Below are positions 29,513-41,648 of a stretch of DNA of 64,000 bases, one piece after another. Positions within the stretch are counted from its first letter, which is position 1. The number at the start of each line of letters is the position of its first letter. The notes below the pieces were generated by a model that searched no databases, was not told the origin of the DNA, and was given only the letters and a program-made list of their open reading frames with translations. The DNA is from Trichormus sp. ATA11-4-KO1 (GTDB taxonomy: Bacteria > Cyanobacteriota > Cyanobacteriia > Cyanobacteriales > Nostocaceae): positions 32,001 through 96,000 of the forward strand of contig JAHHIM010000036.1 of NCBI GenBank assembly GCA_019358915.1, read 5' to 3'. The position numbers and the translations under genes are program-made.

Positions 29513-30361
29513 TTATGGTTGGTTGGGAATATTCCCTAGGTTGAAAATGAATGGCACACTGCCTTTAGATTCACCACCCATAACCAGAACTTTTGGCATC
29601 TGAGCACCGCCATTTCTCCAAGCTTCAATTGCTTCTTTTTGCAGAACTAATTGCCCACCTTGAGCTTTGAGAGTCTCTGCTAACAGTCTTTGCGCTTCTG
29701 CCTTACCCTTAGCGCGATTAATATCCGCCTGCGCTTCTTGCTCAGCTTCCCGCGCTACATAGACTGCTCTTTGTGCACGCTGTTCGGCAATTTGTTTTTC
29801 TTCTACAGCTCTGGCAAACTCTGGCGAAAAAGTCAAGTCAACTACACTAGTATCTAGGACGATTATCCCATATTTATCTAGGCGATCGCCCAAAGCAAAA
29901 TCAAAGTCTTCTTTTAATTCACTCCTTTTGGTAATTGCTTCTTCTACTGTTCTTCTAGCAGCAGCGATTTTGAATGCTTCTTGTGTCTGGGGAGCGATGA
30001 TTTTCGAGACAATGTTTGCTAAAGTTCCTTGTTTCCTTCTCACCTCAACTACCTGTGTGGGATCAAGGCGAAAATTAATGGCAAATCTCGCAGACAAATT
30101 TTGTAAATCCTTAGTAGAGCTTTCGGCTGGTACTTCAAATTTTTGTACCGTCAAATCATACACATCTACTACTGAAATGAAAGGTGGTTTAACGTGAATA
30201 CCCTCTAATAGAGCACCATCCCTAGCTTTACCTAAGATGCTGATTACTCCTGCTTGCCCTGGGTTGATAATAATAAAGGAATTGAGGCCAATTAGCACAG
30301 CTAATGCCAACACAATTCCGAAAATTGTGGTTTGCCAATTCCCCAATTGCTGATTTTTCAA
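29513..30361 (-). CDS. Prohibitin/SPFH (band 7) protein
   Basis: N-terminal TM, STKDLQ, FARAVEEKQIAEQ; TTG start behind AAGGAG. Confidence 0.92.
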   Translation of the reverse strand: MKNQQLGNWQTTIFGIVLALAVLIGLNSFIIINPGQAGVISILGKARDGALLEGIHVKPPFISVVDVYDLTVQKFEVPAESSTKDLQNLSARFAINFRLDPTQVVEVRRKQGTLANIVSKIIAPQTQEAFKIAAARRTVEEAITKRSELKEDFDFALGDRLDKYGIIVLDTSVVDLTFSPEFARAVEEKQIAEQRAQRAVYVAREAEQEAQADINRAKGKAEAQRLLAETLKAQGGQLVLQKEAIEAWRNGGAQMPKVLVMGGESKGSVPFIFNLGNIPNQP

Positions 30362-30499
30362 GGTTTGATCTCCTTTTGCATCTTTAGGCAACTCCTGTAC
30401 TATGGTGACACGTCCTCTGCCTGTCTACCCAGAAACCAGGCTACAAAAGCGATATCCTTCTCCCCCTCTCGTGGTAATATCAGTTTCACGCAAATGTAA

Positions 30500-32314
30500 A
30501 TGATTGTGGCTATAGCATTTAAATTTCATCGGGGATTAAACCGACGTAGACATTCAGTGCATCCCCTTCAGCGCCTGCTTGACTACGGACACAAGTATCG
30601 TCAACAGATTTGGCTGGCAATTGGTTGTTCGATTCTCAATAAACTTTTTGACTTAGCACCACCAGCATTAATTGGGATTGCGGTGGATGTGGTAGTTCAG
30701 CAGCAGGATTCTATCATTGCTCGGTGGGGTGTTCAAGATATCTTTGGGCAATTTTTAATTCTGGCTTTACTTACCGTTGTTACTTGGATACTAGAATCAT
30801 TTTTTGAGTACCGCTACAAGTTATTGTGGCGCAACTTGGCGCAGAAGATTCAGCATAACTTACGTCTGGATGCATATAAACACCTGCAAGAGTTGGAATT
30901 GGCTTATTTTGAAGAACGCAGTACTGGCGGTTTAATGTCCATTCTCAGTGATGATGTTAACCAACTAGAACGATTTTTGGATGTAGGAGCCAACGACATC
31001 ATCCAAGTTGCCACAACTGTTGTAATTATTGGCGGCGCATTTTTTATTTTGGCTCCTAGTATAGCTTGGATGGCAATTTTGCCCATGCCATTTATTCTTT
31101 GGGGTTCGGTAGCATTTCAGAAATTACTAGCACCGCGTTACGCTGATGTGCGGGAAAAGGTAGGTTTACTCAATGGACGTTTGTCTAATAATTTGAGCGG
31201 TATTACTACTATTAAAAGTTTCACGGCTGAGGAGTATGAAGCCGGACGTTTAGAAATAGAAAGTGTAGCTTATAGACAAAGTAACGCCAAAGCGATCGCG
31301 CTGTCTGCGGCTTTTATTCCGTTGATTCGGATGTTGATTTTAATCAGCTTCACCGCATTACTGTTATTTGGCGGGATGGAAGCAGTGGCTGGCAGAATGT
31401 CTGTAGGTGCTTACAGTTTATTGGTATTTTTAGTCCAGCGATTACTTTGGCCTTTAACCAGATTAGGGGACACCTTTGACTTATATCAACGGGCAATGGC
31501 TTCTACTAATCGCGTGATGAATTTGTTGGATACTCCCTTGACAATTTATACAGGAAATACCGCTTTACCTGTGGATGCGGTGCGCGGGGAGGCGGAATTT
31601 AATCATGTGAGTTTTGCTTATAAAGATAGATTACCAGTGATTGAAAATCTGTCTTTGCGAGTTCCTGCAGGTAAAACCATTGCCATTGTGGGTTCGACTG
31701 GTTCAGGTAAAAGCACTTTAGTCAAACTTTTATTGCGGTTATATGAAGTTAAATCTGGCAAAATTACCTTAGATGGCATTGAATTACAAAATTTAAACTT
31801 GCGGGATTTACGGCGCTGTATTGGTTTAGTGAGTCAAGATGTATTTTTATTTCATGGTACGGTAGCGGAGAATATTGCCTATGGCAGTTTTGATGCTACA
31901 GAAGCAGAAATCATCACGGCGGCTAAGGTGGCTGAAGCCCATGACTTTATTATCAACTTGCCCCAAGGTTATGAGACAATTGTCGGGGAACGCGGACAAA
32001 AGTTATCTGGTGGACAACGACAAAGAATTGCCATCGCCCGTGCAGTACTCAAGAATCCGCCAATTTTGATTTTAGATGAAGCCACTTCGGCGGTGGACAA
32101 TGAAACGGAAGCGGCAATCCAGCGATCGCTGGAACGGATTACAGTAGATAGAACTACCATCGCTATCGCTCATCGTCTTTCAACTATCCGCAATGCTGAT
32201 TGTATTTATGTCATGGAACATGGGAAATTAATAGAGTCGGGGACTCATGAGCAGTTGTTGCAAAAAGATGGTGTGTATGCAAGCCTCTGGCGTGTACAAA
32301 GTGGTTTAAGATAA
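30500..32314 (+). CDS. ABC exporter, fused permease/ATPase
   Basis: TM domain then [23 protein letters not shown]. Confidence 0.95.
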   Translation: MIVAIAFKFHRGLNRRRHSVHPLQRLLDYGHKYRQQIWLAIGCSILNKLFDLAPPALIGIAVDVVVQQQDSIIARWGVQDIFGQFLILALLTVVTWILESFFEYRYKLLWRNLAQKIQHNLRLDAYKHLQELELAYFEERSTGGLMSILSDDVNQLERFLDVGANDIIQVATTVVIIGGAFFILAPSIAWMAILPMPFILWGSVAFQKLLAPRYADVREKVGLLNGRLSNNLSGITTIKSFTAEEYEAGRLEIESVAYRQSNAKAIALSAAFIPLIRMLILISFTALLLFGGMEAVAGRMSVGAYSLLVFLVQRLLWPLTRLGDTFDLYQRAMASTNRVMNLLDTPLTIYTGNTALPVDAVRGEAEFNHVSFAYKDRLPVIENLSLRVPAGKTIAIVGSTGSGKSTLVKLLLRLYEVKSGKITLDGIELQNLNLRDLRRCIGLVSQDVFLFHGTVAENIAYGSFDATEAEIITAAKVAEAHDFIINLPQGYETIVGERGQKLSGGQRQRIAIARAVLKNPPILILDEATSAVDNETEAAIQRSLERITVDRTTIAIAHRLSTIRNADCIYVMEHGKLIESGTHEQLLQKDGVYASLWRVQSGLR

Positions 32315-32333
32315 ATCTCACATATTCAATTAA

Positions 32334-32528
32334 GAATTACGAATTACGAATTACGCCTGATGTGAATTAAAAAATCCTGTTGTCCCGGGTTTCCAAGCTT
32401 GCCTAAATCATAGTTTCAGGCATCATGAATGAAATCACAAGGCTTTCAACACCTAATACACATTAGACGTGAATTACGAATTACGAATTACGTTCGCGGA
32501 GCGTGCCGTAGGCTCTATTACGAATTAT
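32334..32528. repeat. AATTACG heptamer tract interrupted by an IR-bounded insert and a small dispersed repeat
   Basis: (AATTACG)n at 32334-32356, 32472-32491 and about 32518-32528; insert ends CCTGATGTGAATTA / TAATACACATTAGA. Confidence 0.6.
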
Positions 32529-32530
32529 TT

Positions 32531-32956
32531 ATGATGTTTGGTAGTACTCAGCCGGAGACAGGGGATAGCAAGTGGCGTCGTCAGTTGGATAAGTTTGTTA
32601 AGGAAAATCAACGAGATTTGGCGGCGCTGTTTTGGGGATTGTGGTTGGAGAATGGTGATAGTAAAGGAACTGTGGGGATTGATTTACAGCCAACTCCGCA
32701 TTTTGTTTATTGTCCTCAAGCCGCAATAGAAAATTTAAATCATCAAGTTGAAAATCGGCTTCAGGAAATTTTGGGTATTGTCGAGAATCATCAACCTGAG
32801 GTGGAAGTTGTGATGATTGGGATTGGTAAGGGTGAAATTAAATTAATTCAGTTTGCACCGGAACCACCACCACCAGATTGTTTTGCGCAAGTTGGTCAGG
32901 ATGTAGATGGGTTGTTGGAATTGTTGGAACAGAGGATGAGTGAGCAGGATTTTTAA
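32531..32956 (+). CDS. ccmS: Beta-carboxysome assembly chaperone CcmS-like protein
   Basis: WRRQLDKFVKENQ..LAAL.WGL, GIDL.P.PHFVYCP, P.P.PP.CF recalled for CcmS; start at ATG 32531. Confidence 0.7.
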   Translation: MMFGSTQPETGDSKWRRQLDKFVKENQRDLAALFWGLWLENGDSKGTVGIDLQPTPHFVYCPQAAIENLNHQVENRLQEILGIVENHQPEVEVVMIGIGKGEIKLIQFAPEPPPPDCFAQVGQDVDGLLELLEQRMSEQDF

Positions 32957-33062
32957 ATTTCTTAGATTAAGCCTGCCGTGAGAAATTAGAACTCAAGAGT
33001 AAACAGGAGCGCTAGTCCTGGCGCTCCAGGTATATTGTGATCCTAGACAAAGTTAAATCAAA

Positions 33063-34874
33063 TTAACTTTGATCCAAGCGTAATACTGCCATAAAAGCCT
33101 CTTGGGGTACATCCACTGTACCCACAGATTTCATCCGCTTTTTACCTTTTGCTTGCTTCTGTAACAGTTTCTTCTTGCGGCTGATGTCGCCACCGTAACA
33201 CTTGGCAAGTACGTCTTTCCGCAAGGCGGGAATATGTTCGCTGGCAATTACTTTACTACCAATAGCTGCCTGAATTGGCACTTTAAATTGATGGCGGGGA
33301 ATTAATTCTTTGAGTTTTTCAGCCATTGATCGCCCAACGCCATAAGCTTTATCTCGGTGGACAATCATCGCCAACGAATCCACAGGATCGCCGTTAATCA
33401 TAATGTCCAGCTTCACCAAGGGATTTTCGCGGTAGCCGATGAGGTGATATTCCATACTGGCATAACCACGCGATCGCGACTTCATCTGATCAAAAAAGTC
33501 GGTGACAACTTCCGCCAAGGGTAACTCGTAAGTCAGTGTAGTGCGTCCTTGGGCGAGATATTTCATATCTTTGAAGATGCCACGTCTATTTTGTGACAAT
33601 TCCATCAAAGTGCCGACGTAAGTTTCCGGCGTAATCATCTCTACTTGAACATAAGGCTCTTCAATTTTTTCGCGATCGTTGGGAGCAGGTAAGTTGCTGG
33701 GATTATCTATGAACAGTTCTTCACCTTTGATAGTAATTACACGGTAAACCACCGAAGGTGCTGTAATAATTAAATCTAGGTTGTACTCTCGCTCTAAACG
33801 CTCCTGGACAATTTCCATGTGTAGCAAACCCAAGAACCCACAACGGAAACCAAAACCCATAGCGCTAGAAGTTTCTGGTTCGTAGTGCAATGCGGCATCA
33901 TTGAGTCCCAACTTTTCTAAAGCTTCGCGCAAGTCTTCAAATTGGTCAGCATCAATGGGGAACATGCCGCAAAACACCATCGGGTTGGCTTCTGTGTAAC
34001 CAGGTAGAGGTTCTACGGCTTTGGCTTTCGTGAGGGTAATGGTGTCTCCCACCCGCGCATCAGCTACAGCTTTAATGGCGGCGGCAAAATAGCCTACTTC
34101 TCCAGCGTGCAGTTCTTCAACTTGTACTTGAGTAGGAGACAGCACGCCTAACTCGTCAATTTCGTATTCTTTACCGGATGCCATAAGATAAACGCGATCG
34201 CCTTTTCTCAAGGTGCCGTCCATTACCCGGAAATAGACAATTACGCCCCGGTAGCTGTCGTAGTAGCTATCAAAAATCAATGCTCGTAAGCGTTCATCTA
34301 CCGTATTTTTTGGTGGTGGTATCCGCTCTACAACTGCTTCTAAAATTTCATTAATGCCAATTCCCTCTTTGGCAGAGGCGAGAATTGCACCACTGCAATC
34401 TAAACCAATAATTTCTTCTATTTCGCTGATTACCCGGTCTGGTTCTGCCCCAGGCAAATCAATTTTATTTAAAACTGGGATAATTTCTAAATCATGTTCC
34501 AAAGCTAAATAAAGATTGGCCAAAGTTTGTGCTTCTACGCCTTGAGACGCATCTACCACCAACAGCGCTCCTTCACAAGCCACCAGACTCCGGGACACTT
34601 CATAAGAAAAATCCACATGACCTGGTGTATCAATTAAGTTTAGTACATACTGTTGACCATCTTTAGCTTTGTAGTTCATCCGGGCAGCTTGCAGCTTAAT
34701 GGTAATGCCGCGCTCCCGTTCCAAATCCATATTGTCGAGAAACTGTTCCTTCATCTTCCGCTCATCCACAGTGCCAGTGGCTTGCAGTAGGCGATCGGCG
34801 AGGGTAGATTTCCCGTGGTCGATGTGAGCAATAATACAGAAATTGCGAATGCGAACGGCGGGAACGTCAGTCAT
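33063..34874 (-). CDS. lepA: Translation elongation factor 4
   Basis: [47 protein letters not shown]. Confidence 0.99.
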   Translation of the reverse strand: MTDVPAVRIRNFCIIAHIDHGKSTLADRLLQATGTVDERKMKEQFLDNMDLERERGITIKLQAARMNYKAKDGQQYVLNLIDTPGHVDFSYEVSRSLVACEGALLVVDASQGVEAQTLANLYLALEHDLEIIPVLNKIDLPGAEPDRVISEIEEIIGLDCSGAILASAKEGIGINEILEAVVERIPPPKNTVDERLRALIFDSYYDSYRGVIVYFRVMDGTLRKGDRVYLMASGKEYEIDELGVLSPTQVQVEELHAGEVGYFAAAIKAVADARVGDTITLTKAKAVEPLPGYTEANPMVFCGMFPIDADQFEDLREALEKLGLNDAALHYEPETSSAMGFGFRCGFLGLLHMEIVQERLEREYNLDLIITAPSVVYRVITIKGEELFIDNPSNLPAPNDREKIEEPYVQVEMITPETYVGTLMELSQNRRGIFKDMKYLAQGRTTLTYELPLAEVVTDFFDQMKSRSRGYASMEYHLIGYRENPLVKLDIMINGDPVDSLAMIVHRDKAYGVGRSMAEKLKELIPRHQFKVPIQAAIGSKVIASEHIPALRKDVLAKCYGGDISRKKKLLQKQAKGKKRMKSVGTVDVPQEAFMAVLRLDQS

Positions 34875-35397
34875 ATACTATTTTTGCTGAAGCAGCAACC
34901 AAGGTTAAACAAGAAATTTACTTCATATATTTTAATGCTTTCTTAGCCAATACGCTGCTATCGGAGAGTTAATCAGTTATTTTCTCTTGGCGCCTCTATG
35001 TCTGTGGCTGATGTTGACCTTCTAGACAGGAACTACGCTTACAAGCAGATCAGGTTTTCCGCCGCTTTCAATAAAGTCTATTTTACATGCGGGGATTGAC
35101 CTACTAGAAGCGTACAATAAATATATATAAGTAAATAATGTAGATATCGTAGGTAGTTACACTCCGTAACTGCTTAAAACTACTGATTTACTCACAAAAC
35201 TTCTGGAGCTGTTGTCTAGCAAGTTTGATGAAATTTACCATTTAAAACCAGATGCTGTTACTTTGGTTTGATTTCGGGGAACTATATAACTGTGCAGTAA
35301 CTCTGCACAACAAAAATAGTCAGTAAACTCAACCGAATGGTAGATAATCACTGCTCGACAAAGCTTTAGACGCAACAATCTCTGAGTATATAAACCT

Positions 35398-35634
35398 ATG
35401 AATATGAAAGAGAAAGCTACCGAAACGGGTCACAAACGAGCCGATAAGGTAGAAATCGCCGTCCGCCTGGACTCGGAGTTACTAGAGCAAATTCAGCATT
35501 TAACTAATGACCCGAGTAAAGTAATTGAGGTGGCGATTCGTCAATGGTTACGCGGTGAAGTTTCTAGGGATGATGAACTGACACGCACCCCTCATCGGAT
35601 ACCGATTCCACCCAGGGGTGAATGGAATGATTGA
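35398..35634 (+). CDS. Small ribbon-helix-helix (CcdA-like) protein
   Basis: KVEIAVRLDSELLEQI....SKVIEVAIRQWL beta-alpha-alpha pattern. Confidence 0.7.
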   Translation: MNMKEKATETGHKRADKVEIAVRLDSELLEQIQHLTNDPSKVIEVAIRQWLRGEVSRDDELTRTPHRIPIPPRGEWND

Positions 35635-35813
35635 CATCGATAAACAAGCTGTAAATAGAAAATAAAAAGAATGTGAAGTTTGTCAATCTGGATTCCAAAC
35701 ACGCCAAAATACCCAAAGTGAGAATGCCAAAGCTGTAATAATTTATGCCAATTTTATTTAACCAGCTTTAGCAAAACTGTTTTGAGTTGCCATTTGTCTA
35801 TCCAACTCGATTA

Positions 35814-37556
35814 ATGACTATTACTGCTAACTCCCAATTGCCGAACTTATTTCCCCAAAACCTGGAATATTCAAATAAGAAGACCGATGGCTCCTTAGCG
35901 ACTCTAGGAGCAGAATTGGTGTACACGCAAGATGGGGCAGGACGCTACCTAACATTTTATTGGCAGCATAGCGAACTGTTGGGGTTAAACCCTAAGCAAA
36001 TAGTTAATGAGTGCAATGAAGACGAAATTTTTGTCCCCGTAGACAATAAGGCTTATTTGGAACGGTTGCACCGGATTTTAAATAGTTTAGTGCCAGAAAG
36101 GTTTCAATGCTGGTTTAGCTACCGTCAAGAGTTATTTGAGTTGGAGTTGGCAATGTGCCCAATTATGCCGCAATTGGGAAGTGCTGCTACTACAGTTTTG
36201 GTAATGGGACGGTTAGTGCAAGCTACACTCAACACACAAGAAGTCAAGGCGACACCACAAGCGCCAACACAGGTAGAGTTGGCGATGCGATCGCAGCAAC
36301 ACCAGAAGCTGGTAAATAAAATTACCAGAAATATTCGGCGGACTTTGGATTTAGACGTAATTTGGCAACAAACAGTTGACAGTTTGGGGAAAGCGCTACG
36401 GCTAGAGCGCTGCATTATCTGTCCTTATCAGCCCTCTAGCTCTAGAGTCCGAGTGATAGCAGAGTATCACCAGCCAGAGCGCAGCTCGATGCTGGGCTGG
36501 GAAATAGATGTAGCATCGGAACCAGCCTTTGCTCAGGCGTTGGCAACTTTAGAACCAATTGTGATGGAAGTGTCGGGGTATAGCCTTTGTCCCCAGCAAA
36601 AAATCTTAGTAGTGGCGACATGCTATCAAGACCAAGCCAACGGACTAATTGCCATCAGTCTTAGAGACGAATGTGACACGTTGACGGATGCAGAACTGGA
36701 ACTAGCAAAAGAAGTTGCAGACCAACTCGGAACAGCGATCGCTCATGCTACTTTATACAAAGAATTAGAAGCAGCCCGTCAAAAAGCCGAAGAAGCCTCC
36801 CGTCTCAAAAGCGAGTTTCTCGCTAATGTATCCCATGAAATTCGTACTCCCCTCAACGGCATGATCGGATTTTTGAAGCTGATTTTGGAAGGCATGGCAG
36901 ATGATCCAGAAGAACAAAATCAGTTCCTAGCCGAAGCTCATCATCTATCAATACACCTGCTGAATATCATTAACGACATCCTCGACATAGCCAAAATCGA
37001 AGCAGGCAAAATGGAGTTAGTTTGCTCTCCAGTCCAGCTAGACGAGCTATTTAGCGATGTAGAAAATTTCATGCGTCCCCAAGCAGAGATGAAAAACCTC
37101 AGCTTCCGGATGCAAATGCCTCTCACCTCTGATGAAATTATCGTCCAAGGTAATTACCAAAGGCTGCTACAAGTTATGCTCAACTTGGTAAGTAATGCCA
37201 TTAAATTTACCCAAGAAGGTGGCATTACTATCAGTGCCGATTTAGTACTGAAGAAGGCAAAATTTCAAGACCAGCAATTTCCTGGCATGGTGAGAGTGCG
37301 AGTAGCCGACACGGGTATCGGTGTTTCCCTGGATAAGCAAGATAAATTGTTTCAATTATTCTCTCAAGTAGATGGCTCTCGCACTCGCCAATACGGCGGT
37401 ACTGGTTTAGGACTGGTAATATCCCAAAAGCTCATAGAGGCTATGGGTGGTGAAGTACATTTTTACAGTCTTGGCGAAGGACTTGGCTCAACAGTCACAT
37501 TTACAGTGCCGCTATATCAACAACCAGTCTTGGTTTCGTCTAGTGATAGCGACTGA
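35814..37556 (+). CDS. Cytoplasmic sensor histidine kinase (PAS-like, GAF, HisKA, HATPase)
   Basis: IRRTLDL GAF entry, H-box ANVSHEIRTPLNG, N-box NLVSNAIKFT, DTGIG, GGTGLGL. Confidence 0.93.
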   Translation: MTITANSQLPNLFPQNLEYSNKKTDGSLATLGAELVYTQDGAGRYLTFYWQHSELLGLNPKQIVNECNEDEIFVPVDNKAYLERLHRILNSLVPERFQCWFSYRQELFELELAMCPIMPQLGSAATTVLVMGRLVQATLNTQEVKATPQAPTQVELAMRSQQHQKLVNKITRNIRRTLDLDVIWQQTVDSLGKALRLERCIICPYQPSSSRVRVIAEYHQPERSSMLGWEIDVASEPAFAQALATLEPIVMEVSGYSLCPQQKILVVATCYQDQANGLIAISLRDECDTLTDAELELAKEVADQLGTAIAHATLYKELEAARQKAEEASRLKSEFLANVSHEIRTPLNGMIGFLKLILEGMADDPEEQNQFLAEAHHLSIHLLNIINDILDIAKIEAGKMELVCSPVQLDELFSDVENFMRPQAEMKNLSFRMQMPLTSDEIIVQGNYQRLLQVMLNLVSNAIKFTQEGGITISADLVLKKAKFQDQQFPGMVRVRVADTGIGVSLDKQDKLFQLFSQVDGSRTRQYGGTGLGLVISQKLIEAMGGEVHFYSLGEGLGSTVTFTVPLYQQPVLVSSSDSD

Positions 37557-37940
37557 GATGGTCTGTGGTTACTTCATCAATAAAGCGGCAATTAATTGTA
37601 CTTAAAAGCTTCAATACAGTTGCTAGCTACATTGCGAGTCGCTACGGTGCGGTTGTTTGCAACTCGAAAACCAATGCAGTTTAGGAATATGCGAAAATCT
37701 AAAACTATGGGTTATTGGTATAGTGATTGTTAACTATACAGATGGAGAACGCTGTAAAATTAAGTCCGGCTATTTTTATTTCATGCTCCTAGAACCAGCA
37801 GAGGTTAGTGCATGAGTGATGAAAACCTGATTTTCATCTACCCGCCTCTAGACAAAATACAATCTAAGGGCAATTATATCTAAAATTGAGTTAACAAACG
37901 TTGCATATAAAGATATTCCTACCAAAAGAGGTCTCAAACA

Positions 37941-38171
37941 ATGGAACTGACATCTGAAAATGTTGAAACAGTCTTAGATGAAATGCGCCCTTATCTGATG
38001 TCTGATGGCGGCAATGTGGAACTTGTAGAACTTGATGGGCCTATTGTTAAACTGCGGTTGCAAGGTGCTTGTGGTTCTTGCCCCAGTTCCACAATGACCC
38101 TGAGAATGGGTATTGAGCGCCGACTACGGGAAATGATTCCAGAAATTGCAGAAGTTGAGCAAGTGATCTAG
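37941..38171 (+). CDS. nfu: NifU-like C-terminal domain (Nfu) Fe-S carrier
   Basis: [25 protein letters not shown]. Confidence 0.93.
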   Translation: MELTSENVETVLDEMRPYLMSDGGNVELVELDGPIVKLRLQGACGSCPSSTMTLRMGIERRLREMIPEIAEVEQVI

Positions 38172-38307
38172 GGAATAGGGAGTAGGGAGTGGGGACTAGA
38201 GACTCGGTACTAGAAAAGTAAAACCTATTTTTCCTCCGCCCCTCCGCCCCCCCTGCTCCTCTGCTCCTCTGCTTCTTTGTCCTATGCCCCATGCTTAATC
38301 ATCTACT

Positions 38308-40542
38308 ATGTCCCATCCATTACACATCGCTTTTATTTGGCATCAACATCAGCCGCTGTACAAGTCACCTGGCAGCGGCGTTTCGCTTTCTTCTAGTCAA
38401 AAGTATCGCCTGCCTTGGGTACGATTACATGGAACCAAGGATTATTTAGATTTAATATTAATCCTTGAGCAGTATCCCAAGTTACATCAAACAGTAAATC
38501 TAGTACCATCCTTAATATTACAACTCGAAGATTATATTGCTGGCACTGCTTTTGACCCTTATCTCACAGCTAGCTTGACACCAGATGAACAACTCAGTCA
38601 GCAGCAAAAAGAATTTATTATCCAACATTTTTTTGATGCCAATCATCACACCCTGATTGATCCTCATCCCCGTTATGCCGAGTTGTATTACCAACGGCAG
38701 GAAAAAGGAGAAGCTTGGTGTTTAGCTAATTGGCAATTGTCTGAATACAGCGATTTGCTGGCTTGGCATAATCTGGCATGGATTGATCCGGTATTTTGGG
38801 ATGACCCACAAATTGCCGCTTGGTTGAAGCAGGGTCGGAATTTTACTTTAAGCGATCGCCAGCGTATATATTCTAAACAGCGCGAAATTCTCAGCCGCAT
38901 TATCCCCCAACACCGGAAAATGCAAGCGGCAGGGCAATTAGAAGTCACTACCACGCCTTACACTCACCCAATTTTGCCTCTGCTAGCCGATACTAACTCC
39001 GGTCGAGTGGCAGTGCCCCAAATGACATTACCTGAGCATCGGTTTCAATGGGCAGAGGATATTCCCCGACATTTACGCAAAGCTTGGGAGTTGTATAGAG
39101 AACGTTTTGGACAGGAACCACGAGGTTTGTGGCCTTCTGAGCAGTCAGTCAGTCCCGAAATCCTGCCGTATATTATTAAACAAGGCTTTAAGTGGATTTG
39201 CTCAGATGAAGCCGTTTTAGGATGGTCGCTGAAACACTTCTTTCACCGTGATGGGGCAGGAAATGTCCAGGAACCAGAATTAATTTATCGACCATACCGC
39301 CTGGAAACCCCAGCAGGTGACTTGTCAATCGTATTTCGCGACCACAGATTATCAGATTTAATTGGTTTTACCTACGGGTCTATGCCACCAAAACAGGCAG
39401 CAGCAGACTTAGTAGGACACCTGCAAGCGATCGCTAAAATGCAAAGAGAACGCCCAAGTGAACAACCTTGGTTAGTTACCATCGCTCTGGATGGAGAAAA
39501 TTGCTGGGAATTTTATCCCCAAGATGGTAAACCGTTCTTAGAAGCTTTGTATCAAACCTTAAGCAACGAACCCCACCTGAAACTCGTTACAGTCTCAGAA
39601 TTTCTCGAACAATTTCCTCCCACCGCAACTATCCCTGGAGGACAACTACATAGTGGTTCTTGGGTGGATGGTAGCTTCACCACTTGGATTGGTGACCCCG
39701 TGAAAAATCGCGCTTGGGACTACCTAGCACACGCCAGGGCGACACTTGCTAAACATCCCGAAGCCACAGAAGAAAGTAACCCAGAAGCATGGGAAGCTTT
39801 GTATGCCGCCGAGGGTTCCGATTGGTTCTGGTGGTTCGGTGAAGGACATTCTTCAAACCAGGATGCCATCTTTGACCAATTGTTTCGAGAACACTTATTA
39901 GGCATTTACAAGGCTTTAAATGAACCAGCACCGTCTTATCTCAAGCAACCACTGGAGGTTCATGAAGCACGTGCTGATCATAAACCAGAAGGATTTATTC
40001 ATCCCATCATTAATGGGAGTGGGGATGAACAGGACTGGGACAAAGCCGGACGCATAGAAATTGGCGGGGCGCGGGGCACAATGCACAATAGCAGCCTTAT
40101 CCAACGACTTTGGTATGGGGTAGATCACTTGAATTTCTATTTGCGGGTGGACTTTAAAAGTGGTGTTGCCCCAGGAAAGGACTTGCCAGGCGAGTTAAAT
40201 TTATTGTGGTTTTATCCTGATCGGACAATGCACAATAGCCCAATTTCCTTGGCGGATGTGCCAGATGTAGCACCACTTAATTATCATTACCACCATCATT
40301 TAGCAATTGATTTGCTGACGCAATCGATTCAATTTCGCGAAGCTGGAGAACATTATCAATGGCATCCTCGTTTTAGCCGCGCTCAAGTAGCTTTCAACAA
40401 TTGTTTAGAGGTGGCAGTACCGTGGGCTGATTTGCAAGTTCCGCCCGATTATCCTTTGCGCCTAATCTTAGTGTTGGCGGATGAAGGGTGTTTCCGCAAT
40501 TATTTACCGGAAAATGCTTTGATTCCGATTGAAGTGCCTTAA
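38308..40542 (+). CDS. Glycoside hydrolase family 57 (amylopullulanase type)
   Basis: WHQHQP, GLWPSEQ (nucleophile), LDGENCWE (acid/base), AEGSDWFWW. Confidence 0.93.
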   Translation: MSHPLHIAFIWHQHQPLYKSPGSGVSLSSSQKYRLPWVRLHGTKDYLDLILILEQYPKLHQTVNLVPSLILQLEDYIAGTAFDPYLTASLTPDEQLSQQQKEFIIQHFFDANHHTLIDPHPRYAELYYQRQEKGEAWCLANWQLSEYSDLLAWHNLAWIDPVFWDDPQIAAWLKQGRNFTLSDRQRIYSKQREILSRIIPQHRKMQAAGQLEVTTTPYTHPILPLLADTNSGRVAVPQMTLPEHRFQWAEDIPRHLRKAWELYRERFGQEPRGLWPSEQSVSPEILPYIIKQGFKWICSDEAVLGWSLKHFFHRDGAGNVQEPELIYRPYRLETPAGDLSIVFRDHRLSDLIGFTYGSMPPKQAAADLVGHLQAIAKMQRERPSEQPWLVTIALDGENCWEFYPQDGKPFLEALYQTLSNEPHLKLVTVSEFLEQFPPTATIPGGQLHSGSWVDGSFTTWIGDPVKNRAWDYLAHARATLAKHPEATEESNPEAWEALYAAEGSDWFWWFGEGHSSNQDAIFDQLFREHLLGIYKALNEPAPSYLKQPLEVHEARADHKPEGFIHPIINGSGDEQDWDKAGRIEIGGARGTMHNSSLIQRLWYGVDHLNFYLRVDFKSGVAPGKDLPGELNLLWFYPDRTMHNSPISLADVPDVAPLNYHYHHHLAIDLLTQSIQFREAGEHYQWHPRFSRAQVAFNNCLEVAVPWADLQVPPDYPLRLILVLADEGCFRNYLPENALIPIEVP

Positions 40543-40578
40543 GATTTTCAAAAAAATTAAAAGCTAAAACCAGATTTT

Positions 40579-40607
40579 GTAGAGACGTTCTGCCAAAACG
40601 TCTCTAC
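40579..40607. repeat. REP-like palindrome / possible bidirectional terminator
   Basis: GTAGAGACGTT-loop-AACGTCTCTAC between convergent genes. Confidence 0.7.
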
Positions 40608-40625
40608 GACAAAATTGTGATTTAT

Positions 40626-41180
40626 TTACAAAACATTCTGCAATTCTGCAATTGAGTTTGCCACAATAATACTACGCAAAATTTGCTTCAACCTTTCTAA
40701 ATCAGAAACTTGGGTAATTTGAGGCATTAATACTAAACCCTCATCACCAAATTTAGCCTGCAAGCTAGTTTCAATACTAGTCATTATTCCCCGTGCTTCG
40801 CCGCGTGCTTCTCCTTCACGTAATATTTCTTGATACCAAGGTGATTCACGCAATACAGCCATATCCCACCTCATGATTTCCTGAACTAAGGCACTTTCTA
40901 CTACAAACGTAGCAAAAAATGCTAAAACAGTCTCCAATTGATTTAACTGTTCATCGGCACGAAGAATTTTTAACGCTGCTCTAATTGTAGATTCATTGTC
41001 ACCTCCTTTAAGAATTGGTACAAAGGGAAGCAAAGCTGGTAATGGCTGTTGAAAAACAATATCTACATCAACTTCCCATAAGTTAATCACTCGGTAATCT
41101 TGAAGCGCACGTAACCCCGCAATATTTGATGTAAAGTTTGTCGGTATGATTGTATTACTTGTAGGTAAAATATTAATCAG
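40626..41180 (-). pseudogene. 5'-truncated Rpn-family gene (C-terminal half only)
   Basis: Frame reads LINIL...LRALQDYRVINLWEVD...LLPFVPILKGG...MAVLRESPWYQEIL; the N-terminal nuclease domain is absent. Confidence 0.8.
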
Positions 41181-41648
41181 TTCTTACCCAGTTGTTAGGT
41201 GCAAGGCTAATTAATTTTTTGGTACTGATATCTGCGGATTTTGTCATCAAAACGTAGATGCACTCACAGGATAAAATTTATCCTATCGCTATTTCATTAC
41301 ATTCGTCAGAGAAAGCCAGTAATATTTAGCAAGATAAATCGTTTTTTACTCAATGTAAGGTAAAGTTTGATTCATCAATATACGGGTAAAATGACTAGGT
41401 TTTGAATTTGCACAATATTTGTATTTGATATTATAATATAGTCAAGAATATAATTAATTTTATGGCTCTTGTGATTTTCCGCCATCAAGAGAAACAGGTT
41501 AGCATTTACCAACATTTACTATATAAGTAATTCCCCAATCCCCTACAGCAGTGTTTTCTACCACAATTACGCGAGAGCCAATCTGAAAATAAGGGAAATT
41601 TCGGGGCAAACTTAGCATAATTTGTCGTGCAGTCGCGCCTGTCAGCTC

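Noticed and set aside
32429..32530. N-terminal extension of the CcmS-like ORF
   Set aside because: Derived from heptamer repeat and inserted-element sequence; real start most likely ATG 32531
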